Origin: Actinomycetota bacterium
Lineage (GTDB): Bacteria > Actinomycetota > Actinomycetes > S36-B12 > UBA5976
Assembly (NCBI GenBank): GCA_039800985.1
Contig: JBDLPR010000106.1
Coordinates: 1-26,739, forward strand
Reading direction: 5' to 3'
Length of the DNA stretch: 26,739 bases
Part shown: piece by piece, positions 17,358 to 26,054 of the stretch
Layout: each line of letters starts with the position of its first letter
Position numbering within the stretch: position 1 is the stretch's first letter
Program-made: the position numbers and the translations under genes
The notes under the pieces: model-generated
Databases searched by the model: none
The model's input: the letters and a program-made list of their open reading frames with translations, nothing else
Told to the model about the DNA's origin: nothing

Positions 17358-19538
17358 ATGAGTAAAGCCAAGCTGCCGAAATTTAATTTCAATTTCAAAC
17401 TTCCAACACGTAGACAATTTGCCACTGGTTTTATTGTAACTTCAGTTCTTGGCATTGTCTTTTTGTTTGCAGCTGTTCGCGCAGTTGAAGTGCCTGCGCC
17501 AAATGACGTGTCGCAAGCTCAAGCAACAATTCTTTATTACGACGATGGCACCACTGAGCTTGGTCGCTTAGGTGAAGCAAACCGCGTTTCGCTAAATCTT
17601 GCAGAGATTCCGGTCACCGTTCAAGAAGCCGTATTAGCTGCTGAAGATCGTGATTTCTACGATCATGGTGGTTTTTCTATTCGTGGTATTTCTCGCGCAT
17701 TATTTAATAACATCGTTGCGCGCATTAATCCATGGAACTCTGAAACTGGTTACGCCGGTGGTGGTTCAACAATTACTCAGCAGTATGCAAAAAATGCGTA
17801 CTTAACTCAAGAACAAACAATTAAACGTAAAGTTCGCGAAATTATTCTTTCGATCAAACTCGAAACAATGATCACCAAAGAAAAGATTCTTGAAAACTAC
17901 TTGAACACCAGTTTCTTTGGTCGCGGTGCCTATGGTGTTGAAACTGGTGCAAATGCATATTTTGGTAAGAGCGCCAAAGACATAACTATTGCTGAAGCTG
18001 CAGTTCTTGCATCAATTATTCAAGCGCCAAATGGCCTTGCACCAGAAAAGAATTTAGCTGGTTTAACAGAACGTTGGAATTACACACTTGATGGCATGGT
18101 TGAAAAAGGTTGGATAACACCTGAAGTTAGAGCTGTTCAAGTTTTCCCAACAATCATCGAACACAAGAATATGAATTCGTTCGCCGGACCAACCGGTCAC
18201 TTAGTTGAACAAACTCGTCAAGAACTTTATGGTCTTGGAATTACTGAAGATCAACTAAACCGTGCCGGTCTTCGCGTCACAACAACCTTTAATAAACAAG
18301 CTCAAGATGCAGCTTTATCTGCAGTCATAGAAGAGGGTCCAACTGAAGGTATCGAAGGATTGCGAATTGGCATGGCTGCCGTTCGTCCCGGTACTGGTGA
18401 AGTTGTTGCCATTTATGGCGGTGCTGATTACCTGCAAGACCAGTTCAATAATGCAACACAAGCAATTGGCCAGGCTGGTTCGACATTTAAACCGTTCACA
18501 TTGGCAGCAGCACTTGAAAACAATTTCTCGCTAGGCAGTGTCTTTAGCGGCATGAATAAGACCAAAGTTGATGGCTTTGAAGTTGTTAACTATGGCGATA
18601 ATTCTTATGGCGAGTGGATCACATTGCTGCTGGCAACCGAAAACTCAGTTAACTCCGCTTATGTTTCGCTGGCTTATCAAGTAGGCCTGGACAAGGTTTA
18701 TCAATCTGCCATTCGTGCTGGCATTCCAGAAACTGAAGTTGGCATGATGCCAAACCTTGCCTTCACCCTTGGAACCGCAAGTCCAAACGTTGTTGATATT
18801 GCAAACGGTTATTCAACGTTTGCTGCTCGTGGTCTGCAAACAGATTTGACTTACATAAAAAAAATTCAAGACAAAGCCGGCAACGTGATGTTTGAATACA
18901 AACCACAATCAGTTCAGGCATTCAGCACTGATGTAGCAGACACAGTTAGTTATGCATTAAAGAAAGTTGTTGAAGTCGGTACCGGTAAAGCTGCCTTGAG
19001 AGTTGGCCGTCCAGTTGCTGGTAAAACCGGTACAACTAATGACAATAAGTCAGCTTTATTCGCTGGTTACACACCACAACTAGCTGCAGCAATTATGTTC
19101 ACTAAAGATGGTCCTGACGGTCAGCCAATGACATTAAGTGGAACTGGTGGCATGCGAACTGTTACCGGTGGTTCTTACCCTGCACGTATCTGGACTGCAT
19201 TTATGAAGGGTGCACTCGATGGAGTTAAAGCAACCGGCTTTGGCGCCTTACCTACAGGTCAACCTGATGGCGCGAATCCAACAGGCACGCCAATCTATAC
19301 CGGAATCGATCCAGCACTAGTTGGACAACAAGTTACTGTTCCAAACCTGATCATGTCACTTGCTGATGCAAGAGCAACTGCTTTTGCAAGTGGAATTGGT
19401 TTAGTTGAAAGTATTGGCGCAGACGTTGATCAAAATGCAACGCTTTATGTAATTAACCAATCGATTCCAGCCGGAACAGTTGTCACTGGTGGAACGGCAG
19501 TTGGTGTGACGATTACAAATTCGCCACCGACGCCTTAA
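17358..19538 (+). CDS. ponA: Class A penicillin-binding protein (transglycosylase + transpeptidase) with a C-terminal PASTA-like segment
   Basis: GT51 motifs EDRDFYDHGG, GGSTITQQYAKN, RKVRE, KEKILENYLN; transpeptidase motifs STFK, SVN, KTG; N-terminal TM helix. Confidence 0.96.
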   Translation: MSKAKLPKFNFNFKLPTRRQFATGFIVTSVLGIVFLFAAVRAVEVPAPNDVSQAQATILYYDDGTTELGRLGEANRVSLNLAEIPVTVQEAVLAAEDRDFYDHGGFSIRGISRALFNNIVARINPWNSETGYAGGGSTITQQYAKNAYLTQEQTIKRKVREIILSIKLETMITKEKILENYLNTSFFGRGAYGVETGANAYFGKSAKDITIAEAAVLASIIQAPNGLAPEKNLAGLTERWNYTLDGMVEKGWITPEVRAVQVFPTIIEHKNMNSFAGPTGHLVEQTRQELYGLGITEDQLNRAGLRVTTTFNKQAQDAALSAVIEEGPTEGIEGLRIGMAAVRPGTGEVVAIYGGADYLQDQFNNATQAIGQAGSTFKPFTLAAALENNFSLGSVFSGMNKTKVDGFEVVNYGDNSYGEWITLLLATENSVNSAYVSLAYQVGLDKVYQSAIRAGIPETEVGMMPNLAFTLGTASPNVVDIANGYSTFAARGLQTDLTYIKKIQDKAGNVMFEYKPQSVQAFSTDVADTVSYALKKVVEVGTGKAALRVGRPVAGKTGTTNDNKSALFAGYTPQLAAAIMFTKDGPDGQPMTLSGTGGMRTVTGGSYPARIWTAFMKGALDGVKATGFGALPTGQPDGANPTGTPIYTGIDPALVGQQVTVPNLIMSLADARATAFASGIGLVESIGADVDQNATLYVINQSIPAGTVVTGGTAVGVTITNSPPTP

Positions 19539-20683
19539 CGGAAATTAATTACGTCAAAAGTTGCAGTGGTATTTCGCACTGTGCATTCAAGTTGGTCGCC
19601 AACATTCACTTTGCGATCTTCACACCAAAGTAACGAAACATGCATGTGTGGCGGCTCAGCAAACGGCAAATTCTTTTTGCCTAATTTAAAAGGCGACCTT
19701 ACTTTGCCAAGTGATTCTGAAATACCTTCAGAAAGGGCAATAGCCTTTGATCGAAGTGTGGTTCTAGAGGCAGGGGCAGCAAGTGCAACACCATGAGCGG
19801 TTCCACCACTAACTACAAGCAATCTGGCATGGCCGTGGCCATCAACTTGGCGGTAGCCAACATGTTCATGATCACCAGTTAATTCATGAATTTCTAGAAC
19901 TGTCCCAGTGACTTGTAGACATTTTTGGCTTCCTAGCCAAAGTGAAGTTCCAAGGCGAACTGAAACTTCAATATTTAAATTATTTTCACTAGCAAAATCA
20001 AGAATTTGTGAAACATCTTTTGTTGAAACATGAGAAAGATTTAATTTCAGTGGCCAGCCCATCTGGTTTACCCGAGGAGCAATTGAATTAATCCAAGATA
20101 AAATTTCATTTAGTCGTGGCGAAATCTTTTTGTTGTTTATCCGAGCTGAGTTATCGAAATATTTTTTATTTAAGTTTTCTGGTTCAACAATCGGCAAGTG
20201 AAGATTTAATCCAACAATTTGAATGTTGTGTTGATCGCCATTTATTAACCCAAGAATTTCATTTGGATTTGCACCAAAGCGATGAGTTGATGTCTTACCT
20301 TCAACAAGTGCAAATTTAATGCCAGCGCTTGCAGCCTGGGCAAAATGTGAACCAGCAATCACTGCAATAATTCGGTGCGCATTATTTTTTGTCGCATGTT
20401 GCCAAGCTTTAACTGTTGCCTGATCATTTGGGTTAAATGGCTCAAGAACAATAATTTCATTTCCAAAGTCAGTTAGTGCTTGATCAAGTTCAAAAACAGT
20501 GCCAACAGCAATTCGATTCACACCAAGTTTTGTTGATTCATGACTAAGTGTTCGGCGTGTAAATCCGTAGCCATTACCTTTAATTACTGGAATGACTTGG
20601 GCATCTACTTTCTTAAATTCATCGATTACTGAATTTATGTTTTTTTCAAACAATGCGCGGTCAACAGTTAATGCAAAAGTCAT
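19535..20683 (-). CDS. Alanine-racemase-fold (type III PLP) enzyme, substrate unknown
   Basis: VIPVIKGNGYGF (PLP lysine motif, cf. AVVKANAYGHG), VEGKTSTHRFG, GLNLHLP, VRLGTSLW, HVGYRQ, PPHMHVSLL. Confidence 0.85.
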   Translation of the reverse strand: MTFALTVDRALFEKNINSVIDEFKKVDAQVIPVIKGNGYGFTRRTLSHESTKLGVNRIAVGTVFELDQALTDFGNEIIVLEPFNPNDQATVKAWQHATKNNAHRIIAVIAGSHFAQAASAGIKFALVEGKTSTHRFGANPNEILGLINGDQHNIQIVGLNLHLPIVEPENLNKKYFDNSARINNKKISPRLNEILSWINSIAPRVNQMGWPLKLNLSHVSTKDVSQILDFASENNLNIEVSVRLGTSLWLGSQKCLQVTGTVLEIHELTGDHEHVGYRQVDGHGHARLLVVSGGTAHGVALAAPASRTTLRSKAIALSEGISESLGKVRSPFKLGKKNLPFAEPPHMHVSLLWCEDRKVNVGDQLECTVRNTTATFDVINFR

Positions 20684-20689
20684 AACTAA

Positions 20690-21808
20690 TTACCGCCTTG
20701 CCATGTAAAGCTTGAACGCTGTCGCCCAAGGTTTTGAGATTACAAAATCCCATTCACCAACATATTCTTGAGCATAACCACCAGTTCCAAGTTTGAATTG
20801 AATCAAACCAAATAAATGGTCGTTTTGATCCAATGTGTCGGAAATTCCACGCATGTCATAAATAGAACTGCCAGCAGCCAAACTATCTTTGATCATGGAC
20901 CATTGAATTGCATTGCTTGGACGCAAATCACGAGCAGCTGTCATTGAAGCGCCATATGAATACCAAGAATGATTTCCAACCCTGGTTAATGTGGTCGCAG
21001 CGATCGCACCTTCATAATCTGGATGCTCTGCGATAAATAACTTCATTCGCTTTGGATTTTCTTCGCGAAGTTGTGTCCACATTGTTTGGAAATAAGAAAG
21101 TGGTCTTGGCGTGAATTTGTCGCGCTTTGCTGTTTCCACGTAACACTTATGGAAAATCTCTAAATCTGCTTTAGTACCAACACGTACGGTAACGCCGGAT
21201 TTTTCAGCTTTTTTAATGTTTCTACGCCAAAGCTGGTTAAAGCTATCTGAGACTTTTTCTTCAGTTTTATTCTTTAAATTAATTTGAAATACATAACGAG
21301 GTTGGTAGTCACCAAAGCCAGCCGCTTCAGCTTTTGGTTGATGCCAACCAAGCTTTTCTAGCTGAGTAGCCAGATTCAAACCAACTTTATTTGTTTCATC
21401 TGGAGTTAACTGACCAATTCGTTTTGCTGATTCATTTGCAATCGCATCTTTTAAAGTTTCAGCTTTCCAACGACGTATCCAAGTGTGTGGGCCAATTTTG
21501 ATTTGGAAAACACCAATCGGTTTTAAGTAATTAACTAATGCAGTAAGCGCATCTGGAACTTGATTCGAAGACCAATCAATATCTGGACCTTCAGGTAAGT
21601 AAGCAAGGTATTTATTTACTTTTGGAACTTTACGCAATAAAACTAATCCGGCACCGATCAGTTGATCGTCATCAAACCATCCAAGTGATTTTGATATCCA
21701 TCCTGATTTTGTTTTACCCCATGCTGGAGTTTGTAAAAAGGAAACTGAGTTTTGTGCATCAATATATTTAAGATGTTCATCAGAACTTATTTCTTTTACA
21801 AGTATCAC
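20690..21808 (-). CDS. femX: FemAB/FemX-family aminoacyl-tRNA-dependent peptidoglycan bridge transferase
   Basis: SFLQTPAWG, YLPEGP, QPRYVF, WRRNIKKAEKSGV, ETAKRDKF, WYSYGAS, RPSNAIQW, YDMRGI, QFKLGTGG, YVGEWD. Confidence 0.92.
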   Translation of the reverse strand: MILVKEISSDEHLKYIDAQNSVSFLQTPAWGKTKSGWISKSLGWFDDDQLIGAGLVLLRKVPKVNKYLAYLPEGPDIDWSSNQVPDALTALVNYLKPIGVFQIKIGPHTWIRRWKAETLKDAIANESAKRIGQLTPDETNKVGLNLATQLEKLGWHQPKAEAAGFGDYQPRYVFQINLKNKTEEKVSDSFNQLWRRNIKKAEKSGVTVRVGTKADLEIFHKCYVETAKRDKFTPRPLSYFQTMWTQLREENPKRMKLFIAEHPDYEGAIAATTLTRVGNHSWYSYGASMTAARDLRPSNAIQWSMIKDSLAAGSSIYDMRGISDTLDQNDHLFGLIQFKLGTGGYAQEYVGEWDFVISKPWATAFKLYMARR

Positions 21809-21820
21809 TAAATATCACAA

Positions 21821-22603
21821 CTACTTAAGCGCATCACGCAAAATTTTTAGATCAGTTTCTATGTCATCAAAAGGCGTTTCAAGCACTATTGGTGCATTGG
21901 CAACTTTGAGATTACGAATCAAAACATCTAAATCCATAGTTCCCGAATTGAGATTTGCATGGCGATCAGCACCAGAATCAAATGCATCTCGGCTGTTATT
22001 GCAATGAACTAAATCTATTCGACCTGTTGTATTTAAAATTGTTTCGGATAAGTTTTCTTGAGCGATGCCACCTGCGTGTGCATGACAAGTGTCTAAACAA
22101 AATCCAACCCCGGTAGTGCCAACTGCATCCCAAAGCCTGGCAATAGATTCAAGTTTGCGCGCCATTGAAAATTTTCCGCCAGCAGTATTTTCGATATAAA
22201 CCGGAACTTTCATATCTAATTGATCAATAGCTTTAACCCAATTTGCTACACCAACTTTTGGATCATCATCCGCGGTGACATGACCACCGTGCACAATCAC
22301 CGCTTTAGCACCGATCGAAGCAGCAGCATCGACGTCAGCTTGGAGTAACTTGCGACTTGGGATTCGCACTTTGTTATTTGTCGTCGCAACATTAATCACG
22401 TATCTGGCATGTACGTAAATATCGATTTTGGCAGCTTTGGCCGATTTCTTTAGACCCTCAGCGCCATCAGCATGTGGAATCTCGGTGCCTTTCCAGCCCT
22501 GGGGATCGGCGACGAAAATCTGAATCAGATCAAGGCCCAGCGATTTGGCTGTTTCAATGGGGTTTTCGCCACTTACATGGGAGCCAATAGCCAGTTTTGC
22601 CAT
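21821..22603 (-). CDS. nfo: Endonuclease IV (AP endonuclease 2 family)
   Basis: All nine metal ligands are recognisable: YVHA, VHGG, IENTAG, LDTCH (two), VHCN, DRH (two), LETP; also IGSHV and QIF. Confidence 0.92.
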   Translation of the reverse strand: MAKLAIGSHVSGENPIETAKSLGLDLIQIFVADPQGWKGTEIPHADGAEGLKKSAKAAKIDIYVHARYVINVATTNNKVRIPSRKLLQADVDAAASIGAKAVIVHGGHVTADDDPKVGVANWVKAIDQLDMKVPVYIENTAGGKFSMARKLESIARLWDAVGTTGVGFCLDTCHAHAGGIAQENLSETILNTTGRIDLVHCNNSRDAFDSGADRHANLNSGTMDLDVLIRNLKVANAPIVLETPFDDIETDLKILRDALK

Positions 22604-22692
22604 GTCCCAAGGCTACCCATAAAACTGCAGTTCCCTTGAAATGCTTGGTTTTTTCAATGAGTCAAAAACCCCATAGAATTGGGATTCTTAAT

Positions 22693-22740
22693 CCCTCCTG
22701 CCATGGAAAGACCATGGCCGATTAGTCCACAGGAGGTGGG
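22693..22740 (+). ncRNA. rpsF leader RNA (S6:S18 autoregulatory element)
   Basis: CCTCCTG (22694-22700) can pair with CAGGAGG (22730-22736, the SD). Inner hairpin GCCATGG-AAAGA-CCATGGC is followed by CCG, as in described S6:S18 leaders. TAGAAT -10 at 22674-22679. Confidence 0.8.
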
Positions 22741-22748
22741 TATTAAGT

Positions 22749-23039
22749 ATGCGTAACTACGAAGTAGTAGTAATCCTTGATCCCGAGCTCGAAGAGCGTA
22801 CGGTCGCACCATCACTAGACACATTCCTAAATGTTGTTAAAAAAGATGGCGGCGAAGTTCGCAAAGTCGATATCTGGGGTCGTCGCCGTTTGGCATATGA
22901 AATCGACAAAAAGGGTGAAGGTATCTACGCCCTGCTTGACGTCAATTGCTCACCAGCAGCAGTTGCAGAACTAGATCGTCAACTTAGCCTGAATGAATCG
23001 GTGCTTCGCACCAAGGTCATGCGGGTAGACAGCAAGTAA
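22749..23039 (+). CDS. rpsF: 30S ribosomal protein S6
   Basis: [12 protein letters not shown]...[10 protein letters not shown]...[17 protein letters not shown]. Confidence 0.99.
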   Translation: MRNYEVVVILDPELEERTVAPSLDTFLNVVKKDGGEVRKVDIWGRRRLAYEIDKKGEGIYALLDVNCSPAAVAELDRQLSLNESVLRTKVMRVDSK

Positions 23040-23051
23040 GGGGCAACCGCA

Positions 23052-23513
23052 ATGGCACAAGGTGACGTAACTGTCACAGTTGTTGGAAACCTAACTGGTG
23101 ATCCAGAACTACGCTTCACTCCAAACGGACAAGCGGTAGCTTCTTTCACAGTTGCTTCAACAACCCGTGTTCTAGATCGTAATTCCAATGAATGGAAAGA
23201 CGGCGACACCCTTTTCTTACGTTGTAGCGTTTGGCGTCAGTACGCCGAGAACGTTGCTGAGTCTTTAACAAAAGGCACACGCGTTCTAGTTACTGGTCGA
23301 CTAAAGCAGCGTTCATACGAAACTAAAGAAGGCGAAAAGCGCACTGTAGTTGAAATGGATGTTGACGATGTCGGTCCAGCACTTCGCAATGCAACAGCGA
23401 AAGTAAGTCGGGTAACTCGCGGTAGCGACGGTGGATACAACGCAGGTGGATCAAGTGCACCAAGCGAAGATCCATGGGCAGCACCGATGACTAACGACGA
23501 ACCACCTTTCTAG
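23052..23513 (+). CDS. ssb: Single-stranded DNA-binding protein
   Basis: [25 protein letters not shown] fold, acidic tail DEPPF. Confidence 0.99.
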   Translation: MAQGDVTVTVVGNLTGDPELRFTPNGQAVASFTVASTTRVLDRNSNEWKDGDTLFLRCSVWRQYAENVAESLTKGTRVLVTGRLKQRSYETKEGEKRTVVEMDVDDVGPALRNATAKVSRVTRGSDGGYNAGGSSAPSEDPWAAPMTNDEPPF

Positions 23514-23573
23514 GTATCACTTTTTAAACCAAACCATTCCGGATAAAACCGGGCTCATAAGGAGAGCACCACA

Positions 23574-23810
23574 ATGGCAAAGCCACCAGTACGTAAGTTC
23601 AAGCCAAAGGCTTGTGCATTCTGTAAAGAAGACAGCGCAGCAATCGATTACAAAGACACTGCACTACTTCGCAAATTCATTTCTGATCGCGGCAAGATCC
23701 GCGCTCGTCGAGTAACTGGCAACTGCACCCAGCATCAGCGCGACATTTCTAATGCGGTAAAGAACGCACGCGAAATCGCACTTCTGCCTTACACCTCAAC
23801 TGCACGATAA
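23574..23810 (+). CDS. rpsR: 30S ribosomal protein S18 (zinc-binding C+ form)
   Basis: CAFC...IDYKD...[21 protein letters not shown]...AREIALLPY. Confidence 0.99.
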   Translation: MAKPPVRKFKPKACAFCKEDSAAIDYKDTALLRKFISDRGKIRARRVTGNCTQHQRDISNAVKNAREIALLPYTSTAR

Positions 23811-23824
23811 GGAGTATTTGAAAA

Positions 23825-24268
23825 ATGAAACTTATTTTGACTCAAGAAGTTAACGGCCTTGGTGCCGCAGGTGACGTTGTTGAAGTTAAAGACGGTTATG
23901 GCCGTAACTTCCTAATGCCAAAGGGCCTAGCAACAGCTTGGACTCGCGGCGGCGAAAAGCAGGTTACTCAAATCAAGCGTGCACGTAACAAGCGTGCCGT
24001 GCGCGACCGCGAACATGCACTTGAAATTAAAGCTGCATTGGAATCATCAGCAGTAGTGCTTAACGCACGCGCTGGTGAAGAAGGTCGTCTATTTGGTTCA
24101 GTAACTGTTGGCGACATCGCAGATGCAATCAAGAGCGTTGAAGTTGATAAGCGCAAGATCGTGCTTACTTCACCAATCAAACTTGCTGGCAAGCACAGCG
24201 TTGCAGTTCGTTTGCACCCAGATGTAGTTGCTCAAATTACTGTTGATGTTCGCGGTAAGAAGAAGTAA
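23825..24268 (+). CDS. rplI: 50S ribosomal protein L9
   Basis: [32 protein letters not shown]...GRLFGSVT...LHPDV. Confidence 0.99.
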   Translation: MKLILTQEVNGLGAAGDVVEVKDGYGRNFLMPKGLATAWTRGGEKQVTQIKRARNKRAVRDREHALEIKAALESSAVVLNARAGEEGRLFGSVTVGDIADAIKSVEVDKRKIVLTSPIKLAGKHSVAVRLHPDVVAQITVDVRGKKK

Positions 24269-24281
24269 CTAAACAAATTAG

Positions 24282-24317
24282 ATTCTGGGGTCATTCAGCA
24301 AAGAATGACCCCAGAAT
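24282..24317 (+). terminator. Terminator hairpin after rplI
   Basis: ATTCTGGGGTCATTC-AGCAAA-GAATGACCCCAGAAT, perfect 15-bp stem followed by TATTTT. Confidence 0.88.
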
Positions 24318-24357
24318 TATTTAACCAAGATTAAATATCAATTCCAGAAAGAAAATA

Positions 24358-24876
24358 ATGACAACTTTATTTACACTTCACACTAATCACGGCGACATTC
24401 GCATTAACATTTTCGATAACCATGCACCTAAAACTGTTAAGACCATCCTTGGTTTAGCAGAGGGAACGATGGAGTGGACAGATCCACGGACCAATGCTGC
24501 AACAACTAAGCCGCTATACGATGGCACCATTTTCCATCGCATCATTCCTGGTTTCATGATTCAAGGTGGCGATCCACTTGGTCAGGGTATTGGTGGTCCA
24601 GGTTTCAAGTTTGCAGATGAACCACATCCAGAATTAGTTTTCGACAAGCCATACTTACTTGCAATGGCAAATGCTGGACCAAATACAAACGGTTCACAGT
24701 TCTTCATCACTGTTGCGCCAACCACATGGCTTAACTTCAAACACACCATCTTCGGTGAAGTTGCTGATCAAGAAAGCCGCGACGTGGTTGATGCAATTGC
24801 AAATGTTGCAACCGGAGCCATGGATCGTCCAGTAGAAGATGTAGTTATTAACAAAACTTCAGTTACCCGTAGCTAA
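24358..24876 (+). CDS. ppiA: Cyclophilin-type peptidyl-prolyl cis-trans isomerase
   Basis: HTNHGDI, APKTV, YDGTIFHRIIPGFMIQGGDP, LAMANAGPNTNGSQFFIT, WLNFKHTIFG. Confidence 0.97.
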   Translation: MTTLFTLHTNHGDIRINIFDNHAPKTVKTILGLAEGTMEWTDPRTNAATTKPLYDGTIFHRIIPGFMIQGGDPLGQGIGGPGFKFADEPHPELVFDKPYLLAMANAGPNTNGSQFFITVAPTTWLNFKHTIFGEVADQESRDVVDAIANVATGAMDRPVEDVVINKTSVTRS

Positions 24877-24893
24877 TTAATTATTCTCTAGTT

Positions 24894-25700
24894 ATGAGTA
24901 CTTGCTACCGGCACACTGATCGCGAGACATATATAAACTGCTCGCGTTGTGGTCAATTTATTTGCCCAGAATGTATGGTCAGTGCGCCGGTAGGTTTTCA
25001 ATGCGTTGAATGTGTTGGACAAAACCAAGCACCAAAAGTTAATGCAAGTTTTGGCGCCAGCCGAAACCAAATTCCAGTGGTTTCAAAGTACTTAATTGGA
25101 ATTTGTGTTGGCGCTCTTTTCTACACACTTTTAAATGGCGGCGTCAGTTACATGGCGTTGCAATTTGGAATGGTGCCCGAAGCAATTGCAAATGGCCAGT
25201 GGTGGCGATTAGTAAGCGCCGCATTTTTACACGGTGGCATTTTGCATCTGGCATTTAATATGTATGCGCTTTACTGGCTTGGTCCTCAACTAGAGCAATT
25301 ACTTGGCCATGCTCGTTTTGCTTCTATTTATATGTTGTCGGCCATTGGTGGAAATGTAATCTCGTATTATTTTTCTGACATCGCAACAGTCTCGGTTGGT
25401 GCATCTGGCGCGATCTTCGGATTGATGACTGCAACAATTGTGATCGGTCGAGAACTTCGGGCTGATGTGTCGCAGCTAATGACTTTGTTAGTTTTAAACG
25501 TTGTGATTGGTTTTGCCAGCGCTGGAATTGATTGGCGTGCACATTTAGGCGGCGCAATTGTTGGCGCTGCCACAGGGTATTTACAGACCCATAGCGGAAA
25601 GAATTTACGATTTTCAGGAATGACTGCAATCGTTTTAATACTTCTGGCTTTGGTGTTTGTAAGGAATCAACAAGTGCTAACTGCACTGATCGGGCAATAG
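24894..25700 (+). CDS. Rhomboid intramembrane serine protease with N-terminal Cys/His zinc-finger domain
   Basis: CYRH...CSRCGQFICPEC...CVEC; WWRLVSAAFLHGGILHLAFNM; catalytic GASG and AHLGG. Confidence 0.95.
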   Translation: MSTCYRHTDRETYINCSRCGQFICPECMVSAPVGFQCVECVGQNQAPKVNASFGASRNQIPVVSKYLIGICVGALFYTLLNGGVSYMALQFGMVPEAIANGQWWRLVSAAFLHGGILHLAFNMYALYWLGPQLEQLLGHARFASIYMLSAIGGNVISYYFSDIATVSVGASGAIFGLMTATIVIGRELRADVSQLMTLLVLNVVIGFASAGIDWRAHLGGAIVGAATGYLQTHSGKNLRFSGMTAIVLILLALVFVRNQQVLTALIGQ

Positions 25701-25712
25701 TAAGGTTGAGTT

Positions 25713-25979
25713 ATGCCAATTTCTAAAAAACGTAAATCACTTAAACCGGCTTATGTGCCGCCAACAACTGGCCCAGTTAATCCAGTGAAGATCGGCAGTC
25801 CAGCCTGGCTTGTACCAACAATGGTGACGATGTTTGTTCTTGGGTTAATTTGGATCGTAATTTTTTATCTTGTTGGTAGCCAAGTTCCAGTTATGAAAGA
25901 CCTAAGTAATTTGGTCAATGTTTTAATTGGATTTGGCTTTATTGGAATTGGGTTCGCCCTTTCCACCCGCTGGCGTTAG
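25713..25979 (+). CDS. crgA: Cell division protein CrgA
   Basis: MPISKKRK, SPAWLVPTMVTMFVLGLIWIVIFYL, NVLIGFGFIGIGFALSTRWR; two TM helices and the hallmark terminal W-R. Confidence 0.93.
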   Translation: MPISKKRKSLKPAYVPPTTGPVNPVKIGSPAWLVPTMVTMFVLGLIWIVIFYLVGSQVPVMKDLSNLVNVLIGFGFIGIGFALSTRWR

Positions 25980-26026
25980 GGAACCGAATACACCCTTTAA
26001 TTACATGGGTGTAATTTCTCCCCAGC

Positions 26027-26047
26027 CGTGGATAAGGTTGTGGATAA
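26027..26047. promoter_or_regulatory. Tandem DnaA boxes upstream of the DUF881 gene
   Basis: CGTGGATAA (26027-26035, one mismatch) and TGTGGATAA (26039-26047, perfect), same orientation, 3-bp gap. Confidence 0.8.
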
Positions 26048-26054
26048 GTCCATT

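Noticed and set aside
23574-23810. S18 as a zinc-sparing paralogue
   Set aside because: It keeps CxxC and C..H ligands and sits in the canonical operon, so it is the ordinary C+ form.
25987-26016. Two alternative 7-bp hairpins after crgA (TACACCC/GGGTGTA and AATTACA/TGTAATT) as an RNA switch
   Set aside because: Short, AT-rich stems; a weak terminator or chance explains them, and nothing supports switching.
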